From Octopus vulgaris (taxonomy: Eukaryota), in assembly GCA_951406725.2 (NCBI GenBank), contig OX597829.1, positions 53,382,001 to 53,446,000 of the forward strand: DNA of 64,000 bases, in the 5' to 3' direction. Below, in pieces: positions 10,371-22,678 of this stretch. Position numbers and translations under genes: made by a program. The notes beneath the pieces were generated by a model, which saw nothing but the letters and a program-made list of their open reading frames with translations, did not search any database and was not told where the DNA came from. How positions within the stretch are numbered: the stretch's first letter is position 1; the number at the start of each line of letters is the position of its first letter.

Positions 10371-13300
10371 GTAACTTTTCTTTTTTTAAATTACTAAATG
10401 AAATTCTATTGCTTAGCACACTTCATTCAAATTATAAACTACTCATTATTCAAATTGATGTGGCATTCAGTTAGAGGCATCCCTTATTCAGTCTTGAAAA
10501 TGTTTCTGTAAAGCAAAAACTTATTTTCCCATTGATTTCCTTGTTATAAAAGATATGGGCATAATTTAGTGTTTTAAGAAATTCACTTTGGAATGGCATG
10601 GCCAGGGTGTTTGGTTTGAGTGTGTGAATACTGTCAGCTAGAGAGCCTTCTACTGTGGGTGTGGGTTGACCACTATCTTTTAAGTTGAATTGATAGATGG
10701 GAACTGAAAGAAGCCTGTTTGTGTGTGTGTTGATTTTGTATAGCCCCAAGACTTGATGTGTGTATGCAGTGATTGTAAGCAAAAAGCCTCACTGTTCATA
10801 GTATCATTTGTTGAAATGACTGGGGATTATTATCTTGCTTGAAAACGTAAGGGTTGGTGTCAGGGACGGGGCAGCCAAATGCAGAGAACGTGCCTCAGTG
10901 GATTTAATCTGGCCCAAGCAAGGATTGAAAAGTGAATGTTAAATTGACTGAATAACTGTTGGCATGTTTCAATGGAACTCCTTTTTTCCAAAAAAAAGTA
11001 GAGATACAATCATTATTATGCATGAAAGTACCAAATTTTGAACTCTGGGGATGATATCCAAGTAAGGGTTTCAGTTTCATATCTCCAGCAGGATTCTCTC
11101 CTACAAATGAAAAGCCCGAGTTATTCATTTTGTAGCCATTACAATGTTTAAGGCTTCTATAATGTGGCAAAACATCTAGTTTAACATTCAATATAATTTG
11201 TTTTTTTGCAACTCCTTTTTGCTCTACTTCCTTCATTTACACTTTGTGAACTGTTTCTAGTTATACTGAATATTGGTAGAGTACTATATCTTGGAGGAAT
11301 GAAGTGGAAGGAAGAACTGTTTGGTTTCATTAAAATTAGCAAGTCTGAGGTCAGTTGAACTGGTGTGCACTTGTTGAGGAAGGAACGATGCTAGTAAGTG
11401 TGTTGAGATCAATAAAGAAACAAGGCCAGTTCTGGGTGCACTATGTATTGTGCTCTCCACCTCCTGTTCATCAGGACTGCCTCTCTCTCATTACCCCCAC
11501 TCCTGCAGACTACTCTACCATATGATACCTCTTGTCACCAACCCCAATCATTGACAGCTATCGTCTTTACTGCTTCTTGTCCGTCTTCCACTCTCTTCTA
11601 CATCCCCCTATTCTCCTCATGAGCTCCTTGCTCACCCACCTTTCAGCCCCACCCATTCTGGCAGTCTACCTCCTCATTCTTCTTCTCATATAATCTTGCA
11701 AACTGATTCTTTGACTCATTTGTGCCTAAAGGAGCCACCTAAGTACCTTATTGCTTTAATCTGTCACTTGCTGTTCATTTTCTCTTTCTCTCTCCTCTTC
11801 TACAAGGTGTGAGTAGCTATGCAGATCCTCTACAATATTCTATACTGCCCTCTGCCCCTTTATAGTGCAATTCCCATGATCTCAGCATGAAATTGTCCCC
11901 CCTCCCCTACGTCCCATCTCAGTTTGTAGTTTTGTAAGCTGCCTGGAAATCTAAGTGGTACAGATGGCATGCTGTCAAGTGGTTGGTGTTAGGAAGAACT
12001 TACAGCTGTAAAAACCATTCCAAAGCCAACATTGGGAGTATGGTGGAGTCATTGGACACATCAGATCCTGTTAAACTGGCCAACCTATCCCAGTATGAAA
12101 CCCGGATGTTAAAGGAGGAGGAGGAGTTGAATTAGTGCAAGTACTAATGTGCAAAGTAATTTCTTTTTAAAAAAAGTTTTACATTTTATCTGAGTTACAA
12201 GCTGTATTCTGAAATTAGGAGCCTTAGTGATCTTTTACAAATTGGTGAATTCCATAATGAGATTTTGTAACATAAGAAATGCCAATATTATCTCACAATT
12301 AGATTTTAATTTTATCACAGGTTTATATTTATAGACATTGTTCTGCAACAATGCATGGAATAGATTTTGATATTGCATAGCATTTGTTAAAAATAAAATC
12401 ACAGTGTCTTTAGGGTTTAGTTGATCACATTGACTTTAAGGACTTATAATCTATAATATAAATTGGACATGGGTGATCATTGTTTTCTTTCTTGTCTTGA
12501 GGTTCACAGCCAAACGGCTGGGTGGATTCGCGTGAAAAATGGCACACATGTGGAGACGGGTACATAGATTGGAATGTGGTTTGTATTTTTTCCTAGCCCT
12601 CATAGTTACCAAGAAAATCAATTAAAACTTTTTCGAATGGAATTCCCCTGTTTGTTCCGCCATTAAAACAACCAGTTGCTCACACAGCCAGCATATACCA
12701 TTTTGCTAGCAACAAGGGGAGTACAGGATGACAGTCAACCAAAACTTTCGCCATGTTTTCTCTCTTCTTTCACCTCTTTCTGGGATTAATAATCTTAATC
12801 TTTAGTTACAGTTTCTTATTCAAACTACATAATAGGCAGAATTGTCGGATTAAGACAGTTGGGTGTTTTGAGGGAGATTTGGTTGCTATTTCTACCAGAT
12901 CTAGCTACCATGTAGATGTCTGAACTTAATTTTCATTCACATATTTGCATTTCAAAAATTTAACATAATCTTTTCCATAAATCAGCTATTGTAAAAATTT
13001 TATACAATGAGCATGCACGCATGCGCACATACACACACACACACACACGTCCATTTCATATATCTTTCAATTTCTGCTCTCTGCAAATAAAATTTTTATG
13101 GATACAACTGCTTACAAAAATAGGGATTAATGCATAATTTCTTTCTATGTTCATAATTAAATAAATGTTTTAATGATTAGACAGAGGTCTCACAAACAGA
13201 CTATGTACAAATTCGTTCTTCACAACTCTTGATGCTGTTTTCTAACGAGGGGTGGGAGTCAGGAAATTTTCATACAGCTGGAGGCTCCAATCGAAACAGG

Positions 13301-13401
13301 GGACCCGAAATTATAGGGTTGAGAAACATTGTTATAGATTATGCCTAACCGAAAACGATCACAGACACATCATCCAAGCAGTCCTGGTGGAAAATTTACA
13401 A

Positions 13402-13546
13402 CAGGGGTCTCCAAAGTTGTTGACATCGACCCCTTGGGGTCAATAAATGCATGCCTGCTTTATTATTATTTATTTTCTTGTACATGCCTGGGGGTCGATG
13501 ATGGATCATGAAGGGGTCGATGGTCTAAAAAGTTTGGGAACCCCTG
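13402..13546. mobile_element. hAT-type MITE
   Basis: TIRs CAGGGGTCTCCAAA / TTTGGGAACCCCTG with 8-bp TSD atttacaa / atttacac. Confidence 0.75.
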
Positions 13547-13713
13547 ATTTACACAATTTGATATGCCTAAATTGAGAAACAAGTGTGTGTGTGTGCATGC
13601 ATGCATGCATGTATAAATGTACAATGTAGATATGTTCGATCCTATTTTTACCATTATTCTATGATAATATATTTGTTTTGCAAGATTCTTGATGTGAAAT
13701 TGTGTGTTGAAAC

Positions 13714-14251
13714 AGATGTTGTTGTATTTAGGAATGGTCATTTTGCCAGTTTAGCCAATAACAACATGTACACTATATATTTGGTGTTATTTTGCTTCAG
13801 CGTTGTTTATTTTTTACATTAATCTTAATCTTATTTCGGCCAGAGTTCTTTCGTCACACTCCTGTGACCGCATCAGTGGTCCTTTGCTTTCTTCTTTCTT
13901 ACAAACGTGTATAAAGAGGAGATACAAATATTACAGGCACTTCCCCACACACACTAACTAAACATAGACACACATAGAGGTATACGCATGCGCAAATAAA
14001 GACACATACAATAGGAATACAAAATATAAAATGGCTGACCGTTAGTAAGGAAAGACACACAAATAAGAAAGAAGAAAGCAAAGGACCACTGATGAGGTCA
14101 CAGGAGTGTGACGAAAGAACTCTGGCTGAAATAAGATTAAGATTAATGTAAAATATAAATAACGCTGAAGCAAATTAACACCAAATATATAGTGCGTTTG
14201 TTTTTATTAGCTAAACTGGCAAAATGACCATTCCTAAATACAACAACATCT
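13714..14251. repeat. 188-bp inverted repeat (Penelope pLTR-like) with 162-bp spacer
   Basis: 13714-13901 is the reverse complement of 14064-14251 with scattered mismatches. Each arm contains a hammerhead-like core. Confidence 0.85.
14086..14125 (+). ncRNA. Minimal hammerhead-like motif in the last GLYR1 intron, sense strand
   Basis: CCA-CUGAUGA-G-GUCACA(GGAG)UGUGAC-GAAA-G-AA-CUC^-UGG. Perfect 6-bp stem II, short stems I and III, one extra G after A9. Confidence 0.6.
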
Positions 14252-15287
14252 ATGATGATAATTTTCTTTGTAAACCACAAGGTAATCTAGCTTCTGACAT
14301 TCCAGTCCATATCCATATTCACAACTGCAATTGGCCTGATGCCATAAATCGACAAAACTAACATAATCAATGTGGAGACCCTTTTCTGTTAATTTGTAAT
14401 CTTTTTTCAGGTGTTCATAATTACTTTCCTTAGTATTACCTGATATTACTGTTTCACTAACACATATTGTTATATGATCAGTTTTATCAGCATTATATAT
14501 ATTTGATTCAAGGGTAGAATCCTCATTTATTTCTAAGTAATTGTAGCAGAAACCCTTCGATCTGCTTTTGACTTTTTGTATAAAAAAGCTTCAACTTATA
14601 TTTTTCCAAGCCTTCCCTTACTACCTGAAGTTCAAGGTTTTAGTTTGTAAAAAAAAAATTTCCTTTTTTTTTTTTTGGTCTTCAAAGCTGTCCAAAGGCA
14701 ATTATTTTACTTATTTCTTTATTGCACATGAATGGGTGTTTAGAATTTATTGAAGTTCCTCTGACTATACTGGCTCTGATTTTCTTCTTTCTTTTACTTG
14801 ATCTAATAATAGCTGCTGTGTCATATTATTTGGACGTTTCTATTGCACTTTACGAAGTCGATTTAATATTTTAAATTTCATTTGTAGAGAAAGTGACTTG
14901 TTTGTGTTTGGTCAGTTGAAACTAGTATTCAATCTTGAAAGTATTTTAACAGAATATAAAAAACAAAACTATTGTAGGTGCTACATTAGGTTCTACCACA
15001 GTATCATAGAAATGAAAGGAAAGTAAAATAGATTGAAAACCAGAATGGAACTAACAAAACAAAGTGGCATTTTCAAATAGCATACACACAAACAAAAAAC
15101 AACTGAAACTAAAACTGTGCTAAAGTAGAACTGAAAGACAACTGTGTGTGTGTGTGTGTGTGTGCATTGTGTGTTGTATTGTAAAAGTTTTACGATTAAA
15201 TTTGAAACAGTTATTTTGAAATCTCTTTAAAAATGTATGTACATGTAATGTTGGTGTAATAAATTTTGTCTTTCTTTTCTTTTTCAG

Positions 15288-15362
15288 CTCTATAAAAAGG
15301 CTCGGCGTTTGGGTTATGGTGAAAGTGACATTTCTGCTGTATATCGTGCCACTAGTGCCTAA
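15288..15362 (+). CDS. GLYR1: GLYR1-like terminal coding exon (LYKKARRLGYGESDISAVYRATSA*)
   Basis: Long polypyrimidine tract plus cag acceptor, phase 0. YK.A..L....D.SAVYRA matches the GLYR1 C-terminus. TAA at 15360-15362. Confidence 0.92.
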   Translation, partial: LYKKARRLGYGESDISAVYRATSA

Positions 15363-16959
15363 TTCCAATGTTACTTTTTGATAGTGACTTCTGCCATTAA
15401 ATCTTAGAATGTGTGTTTTCATGTTACAATTTCTAAAAAAAAAAAATATGTGCTCATAAAAATGACTCCCGACACAATGTAATGGTAAAAATTTTCATTA
15501 TGACAGCATTCTTACTAGGATATAAACAAAACATCATTTTTACTGTATGAAATAACATTATTATTGCATTATTGATTTCTCTGTCTTAACACTTTCCTCC
15601 ATTTTGTAATATCATACTATTTTCTAAAAGTCATTTAATTTCTTTCTCATTTATTGTCTTCCTGTCTAAATGAATTTTTTCTTCTTGTGAGTTATGGAAA
15701 GTATCATAGAACTGCAGTGTATCTGTAGTTATGGTGCTGTTACTACTATTACTACTACTACTACAACTACTACTATTATTCACCTGGTCAAGAGATCTTG
15801 TGTTCTGCTACAATCACATTTGCTGTGAATAGGAAGAACTTTTTTGTCTTCTGGAACATTTCATATTCACATCAGTTTTAAAAAATGAAAATATTAAGAA
15901 AAGAAAAAAAAAGACACAACAAAATATATCATCATTTCATTGAAAGCAGAAGGAAAAAAAAAAAAATGATTTCTAATCATGTTGTGTATATAATAGCATA
16001 AATTAGAGATTCTGTATGTAATATTCCACTGTTTTCAAATCAGTTTCTACTTTTATTTCTCTTACATGGGAATCTTGTAAAAATAGATAAGATTAAATGT
16101 ATGTGTGTGTTATTTTTGATATTCAAATGTTACTTCAGCTTTCTTAAAATGTGTCCTCAGCTAAATGTCTGCAGCAAATGATCAGAAAGTATGTGTAAAC
16201 TGAAAATTTATTTATAAAATATTTTTCATCCATATTAGTCTTACTGCAATTGTTTTAGTATGAATTTCTATTGAATTTGTTCTAAAAATTCCTTATGGCT
16301 ATGATTTTTATTCAAATTCCTCAGTTCACTACATGAATTTATTATATCACTTGTATGTTTTTGTTTTTTTTTTATACATACATTTTCTTCCCCTGCAGAT
16401 TTAAATATATTTGTTTCTGTGTACTTTGGGATATTCACCTATCATTTTTCTCACTCCATATTAATAGATATATAAATTTCAGTTAAAGACAAAAGTTGAT
16501 CCTTGACTGAATTAGTAAGTGAATATGCAAAAAAAAAAAATATGTTGGTTGATAGGGAAAATACTGATTCAAACGTGCAACATGAGCTTCATAAAGTTTG
16601 TTCAGTCGTTTTTATGGTTCTATTGACAAGTCGTATTGTTTTATCATTGTAGACAAGTAGACAACATTAAAGCTAACTCATTAATTCATACTTTTTATTC
16701 GTGTGTTTGAGATTTGATCATGATGTATCACATACACGTCAACATAGGAAGTTATCTTCTTTTTGTTAGTTCAAATTTTATTTTATTTTATTTTTTTAAG
16801 ACAGGATATTTTTTCGTAGTTGTCCCTCCATTTTACACAATGTCCTTTTCAAAAGTTGTGATTCAAAAATTTCAAATAATTGGTTATTGATCACTATTAC
16901 TTTTTGAATCCAACAGCTAATATCATTGTTCACTTTATACAATATTGAACTTCTACGTA

Positions 16960-16965
16960 AATAAA
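16960..16965 (+). promoter_or_regulatory. Candidate polyadenylation signal of the GLYR1-like gene
   Basis: AATAAA about 1.6 kb after the stop, followed by a T-rich tract (~17003-17025) and then by transposon-derived sequence. Confidence 0.4.
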
Positions 16966-17149
16966 ATGCTGCTGAAAAACAGTGGAATTCTCTTCTGCTA
17001 CATTTGTTTTTTTTTTCTTTTTGACTTTCATTAATGTTATCTCTAATGTACCTGATACTTGCATGATATATTGATATAGATAAGTTTGTTTGTGTTAACC
17101 TACCTTTCTCTATTTTATAACTTGCTATACTTTTCTAATTGCCATTCGA

Positions 17150-17616
17150 TGATGGGCACAAGCACCATACGAGTGCGATTGTTGCCAGCCTCACCTTACT
17201 GGCACTTGTGCCCCGTGCTAGTAGGGTGCTAAGAGTACCATCTGAGCGTGATCGTTGCCAGAGCGGCTAACTGGCTTCCGTGCCGGTGGCATGTAGGAGG
17301 CACCATTTGAGCGGGATCATTACCAGCATGCCTTACTGGCACCTGTGCCGTTAGCATGTATAAAAAAATTTTTTAAATAAAAATTCGAGCAAGGTCGTTG
17401 CTAGTACCGCCTGACTGGCCCCCGTGCCGGTGGCATGTAAAAGCACCCACTACACTCTTGGAGTGGTTGGCGTTAGGAAGGGCATCTAGCTGTGGAAACT
17501 CTGCCAGATCAGGACTGGAGCTTGGTGCAGCCATCTGGTTCACCAGACCTCAGTCAAACCGTCTAACCCATGCTAGCATAGAAAACGGGCGTTAAACGAC
17601 GATGATGAGGATGATT
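17150..17616 (+). mobile_element. RTE 3' UTR fragment with (GAT)n-like tail
   Basis: Reverse complement of the 18362/18970 family, including the internal tandem gtgccggtggcatgtaaaagcacc units. Confidence 0.8.
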
Positions 17617-18253
17617 GTATAACATATGAAAACTAAGCCTGTACTTGATCACATTATCATATCTGGAGCAGAGTTTTTCTTTGGGATGGACACTAAGGGG
17701 ACTGACATGGGAAGCAGACACATTGCCATTAAGATAGTTTTAAATTTCTTCAATACCATAGTAAAGAAAAAAGAGTTGTATGGATGCAGATTCTATTATG
17801 TTTTGTTACTCGTATATTTTTGGGTTAGGCAAGGGCTGGTATATGCCAGTTTGAGAACTACTGATATCATGTTTATAGCCATCAGGAGTTTTGAACAAAG
17901 CATTGCTTAACTTTTTCTGAAAAATTTGGTTTCCACTATAGCTCCCCCTTATGTTCTTGTGATTGATATATATTTGTCTGTGAGGATCAAGAGTGCTAAA
18001 ACTTCATTTAAATTGTTTATTATACAGGCAGGCATCAGCCCACATTACAATTACTTCAGGCCATAGGATTTCATGTTTAGGGGAATTATAAAATATGACC
18101 TGTCATTACACTTTTAGGGTAACTTAGATAAATTGTAAGAATTTTCAAAACAAAATATACTTTTTTTTAAAAGGTGGCAGCTTGGCATTTTAGCTGAGAT
18201 CAGAGTAGTTACAAATTTGAAAAGCTACAATCACAATACACAAAAACACATGG

Positions 18254-18292
<39 letters not shown>

Positions 18293-18361
18293 CCTATTAA
18301 ACACTTATGATGGTGATGTGAAATTTCTGTCTCTCTGTAATATATATATATGTATGTGTCG

Positions 18362-18884
18362 TCATCATCATCATCATCATCATCATCACCGTTTAACGTC
18401 CGTTCTCCATGCTAGCATGGGTTGGACGGTTCGACTGGGGATCTGGGAAGCCAGAAGGCTGCACCAAGCTCCGGTCTTATCTGGCAATGTTTCTACAGCT
18501 GGATGCCCTTCCTAACGCCAACCACTCCGTGAGTGTAGTGGGTGCTTTTTACGTGCCACCTGCACAGGTGCCAGGCGAGGCTGGCAACGGCCACGGTCGG
18601 ATTGGTGTATTTTATGTGCCACCGGCACGGAAGCCAGTCGAGGCGGTACTGGCATCGGCCACGAGTCGGATAGTGCTTTTTACATACCACCAGACCAGGG
18701 ATCCTGGCTGGTTCAATTCGATTTCAATTTCGCTTGCCCCAACATGTCTTCGTAAGCAAAGGGGGTTGGCATGGGTGCCTGTCGTCGGATGAGGTTCTAT
18801 ATCGACTTCGCTTGCCTCAACAGGTCTTTGTGTCCAAGGGAGGAAAGGCATTCATAAGTGGGCTGGGCTCACTTGTCCTGCCTG
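18362..18884 (-). mobile_element. 5'-truncated RTE LINE, 3' UTR only
   Basis: (CAT)n tail; nearly identical to 18970-19495. Confidence 0.85.
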
Positions 18885-18969
18885 AATAATGATATTAGGG
18901 AATATTATTCCAAACATACAAGGGAAAATTCAACTTAGTAATACTAAATCAAATTTCACAATATATATA

Positions 18970-20872
18970 TATCATCATCATCATCGTTTAACGTCCGTTC
19001 TCCATGCTAGCATGGGTTGGACGGTTCGACCGGGGATCTGGGAAGCCAGAAGGCTGCACCAGGCTCCAGTCTTATCTGGAAATGTTTCTACAGCTGGATG
19101 CCCTTCCTAACGCCAACCACTCCGTGGGTGCTTTTTACGTGTCACCTGCACAGGTGCCAGGCGAGGCTGGCAACAGCCACGGTCGGATTGGTGCATTTTA
19201 CATGCCACCGGCACGGAAGCCAGTCGAGGCGGCGCTGGCATCGGCCACGATTTGGATAGTGCTTTTTACGTACCACCAGTCCAGGGGTCCTGGCATCTTC
19301 CGGGTGCCAGTCATAGGATTGGTTCAATTTCGATTTCGATTTCACTTGCCCCAACGGGTCTTCGCAAGCAAAGGTTGGCATGGGTGCCTGTCGTCGGATG
19401 AGGTTCTATATCGACTTCGCTTGCCTCAACAAGTTTTTGTGTGTCCAAGGGAGGAAAGGCATGCATAAGTGGGCTGGACTCACTTGTCCTGCCTGGTCTT
19501 CTCATGCACAGCATATTTCCAAAGGTCCCGGTCGCTGGTCATTTCCTCAGTGAGGCCTAAAGTTCGAAGGTCGTGCTTCACCACCTCGTCCCAGGTTTTC
19601 CTGGGTCTACCTCTTCCACGGGTTCCCTCAACTGCAAGGGATTGGCACTTTTTCACACACCTATCTTCATCCATCTCGCCACATGACCATACCAGCGCAA
19701 TCGTCTCTCTTGCACACCACAACTGATGCTTCTTAGGTACAACATTTCTCTCAAGGTACTAACGCTCTGTCGAGTATGCACACTGACATTACACATCCAT
19801 CGGAGCATACTGGCTTCATTCCTCGCGAGCTTACGCATGTCCTCAGCAGTCACAGCCCATGTTTCACTGCCATGTAGCATGGCTGTTCGAACACATGCAT
19901 CATACAGTCTGCCCTTTACTCTGAGCGAGAGGCCTTTAGTCACCAGCAGAGGTAAGAGCTCCCTAAACTTTGCCCAGGCTATTCTTATTCTAGCAGTTAC
20001 ACTCTCAGCGCACCCACCCCCACTACTGACTTGGTCACCTAGATAACGGAAGCTATCAACTACTTCTAATTTTTCCCCCTGGAAAGTGACGGAAGTTGTT
20101 TTCTGCAGATTTTCAGAGTTTATTGCTCCTGAGCATCTGCCACATACAAAAACTATCTTCCCAGTTAGCCTTCCTTTGACATTGCTGCACCTCTTATGTG
20201 TCCATAGCTTACACTGGGTACATCTTATAGAGTTTCTACCTACACCTTTTCTACAGATCGAGCAGGGCCATCTTCCTGAAGACATTTGTGGATTGTCTAC
20301 CTTCCTACTTATTAGTACTTTGGTTTTAGCTAGGTTGTCTCTAAGGCCCCTCGATTCTAAACCCTCCTTCCACACCTGGAACCTCTCCAGTTCTGATAGT
20401 GACTCAGCATTTAGAGCAAGGTCGTCAGCATAGAGGAGCTCCCAGGGGCAACCTGTCTTGAATTCCTCCATAATTGCCTGGAGGACTATGATAAATAGGA
20501 GGAGGCTGAGTACTGAACCCTGGTGGACCCCAACCTCTACTTTGAATTCTGTGTACATGTTGCCAACCCTAAGCTTACTTACGGCATCCCTGTACATGGC
20601 TTGCACAGCCCTCACCAGCCATTCATCTATCCCTAGTTTCCTCATTGACTACCAGATAAGGGATCGGGGGACCCTGTCAAAGGCTTTCTCCATGTCAACG
20701 AAAGCCAGGTACAGGGGCTTATCTTTGGCTAGGTATTTCTCCTGCAGCTGTCTCACCAGAAATATGGCATCAGTGGTGCTTTTCCCTGGCATGAAACTAA
20801 ACTGCATCTCGTCCAAGTTGACTCTCTCCCTAATCAGTTAGGCTATGACCCTCTCTGTAACCTTCATTACCT
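18970..20872 (-). mobile_element. 5'-truncated RTE-clade LINE, reverse transcriptase pseudogene
   Basis: VDMEKAFDRV, HQGSVLS, LYADD, FRYLG and MLHGSETW motifs. In-frame TAG just upstream of the 330-aa ORF, frameshift near 19670, (CAT)n tail. Confidence 0.93.
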
Positions 20873-22678
20873 AGAAGACCCAACCTTTTATCAATTCAAC
20901 AATGATATAATTAAATTATACCATATAGAAAAAAATTAAATAATAAATAAAAAGATATACCAATAATTAAGTAAAGTACAAAATAAATAAAAAGTATATA
21001 ATTGGTAAAAGGACTACACATGTTAATTTATATACATATATTATATGCCATCATCATTTATATACACACATATATATGCCATCATCATTTGTCTGCTTTC
21101 CATGGTAGCATGGGTGGCACGGTACCACAAGAGCCAGCCAGGATTTTTGCAGCTGGATGCCTTTCCTTACACTTTACAATGTGGATTGGGTGCTTTTAAG
21201 TACCACTTGTAAGACAAAAAAAAATTATTTTGAGAGTGGATGGAGCATTGGAAGAGGTGATGTTGTGTCGGATGATGAAAGGTTAGAGTGAAACAGACAG
21301 ACAGAAACAGGTGTCTTGCTGTAGACAGGTGTCTTTCAGTTTCCATCTATCATGTCTACTCACAAGGCTTTGGTTGATCTGAGGCTATAGCAGAAGACAC
21401 TTGAACATGGCACCATGCACTGGAACTGAACCGAAGACCTTGAGAAGCAAAACGTTTTACAGTCATGCCTGTGCTTAAGTATATTTGTATGTATGTATAT
21501 ATGTCCATGTGTGTGCACGTATCATCATTTAACATTCCTTTTATCATGCTTAGAATGGGTCAGCATGAACCAGAGAGTTGCACCAAGCTCCAGTGTCTGC
21601 TTTTGCATGGTTTCTACTGCTGAATGTCCTTCCTAACACCAACCACTTCATGGCACCAGCACCAGTTGGTTAACCGAGTATCTGCAGAATAAGACACCCA
21701 TCCCCCTCAACTGAGTCGGGTAATTGAAGGATAAGAAACCTAGATAGGATAGGAGCAAGTGTTTGCTGAATAAGTGAACACTTGGTTTGCCCCCCCCTAT
21801 CTGAAGAGAAATATGTATGTATATTGAAAAGAGTGAAAGAAAGAAAATAGGATGAAGTGCAGATTAGATAATTGCTAAGGGACTTTGTGTTACATGAAAA
21901 GAATGGTAGCCTTACCCCAAAAATAAAAAAAAAATTTATCCACCAATGTGGTGTTAGGCACTCATTCTCATTGTTTGATATTAACATATAATCATCATCA
22001 TCAACATTAAATGTTTGTTTTCCGTGAGTTATGAAAAGTATCATAGAACTACAGTATATCTGTAGTTATGGTGCTGGGTTGGATGGTTTGACAAGAGCTG
22101 GCAAGTCTGTTTTTTCTTGGTTTCTACAACTGGATGTTCTTCCTAATGTCAACCACTTTACAGAGAGTGATGGGTGCTTTTTACATAGCACATTGCCAGT
22201 GCTTTTCAAGTGGCACCAACACCCACACTAATACTTTTTATGGGCACCTTGGTTTTAGGATTGGTGTACAAGTTCTTCGGTAAATTCTCCTTCTAGCTAT
22301 AACTTTCATTATATATTCAGATTGTAGTTGGTCTCATGTTAAAGCTTCATGCCGTCTGACCTTCCCTCCAAGCTCATTTTTCATCCTTACAATAAAAAAG
22401 GATATAAACAAACCAACACTGATTGCTATGCTAAGTGATGTGGGATGGGCTTCTTTCAGTTTCCATCTAGCCTACTGACAAGGCTGGTTGGTCTAAGGCT
22501 ATAGTGGGAAACACTTGCCCATATACATACTTGCTCAGTGCAAGGGAGTTTTGCTGAACCAGATATTAAAAATATTCCACATGATGCCATATCTTTTTCT
22601 TTGTTTTCTTTCTTCTCAGATAATAGTGTACTTAGAACGACTTTAGTCAAAGTGCCTTTCTCTTTCTCTAAGGCATAT

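Noticed and set aside
18540-18700. Regularly spaced gtgctttttacgtgccacc repeats that superficially resemble a CRISPR array
   Set aside because: These are degenerate internal tandem units of the RTE 3' UTR in a eukaryotic genome. The spacers are related to each other and there are no cas genes.
18282-19468. Overlapping 65-154 aa ORFs, some with poly-His runs
   Set aside because: Antisense readings of the RTE 3' UTR and its (CAT)n tail.
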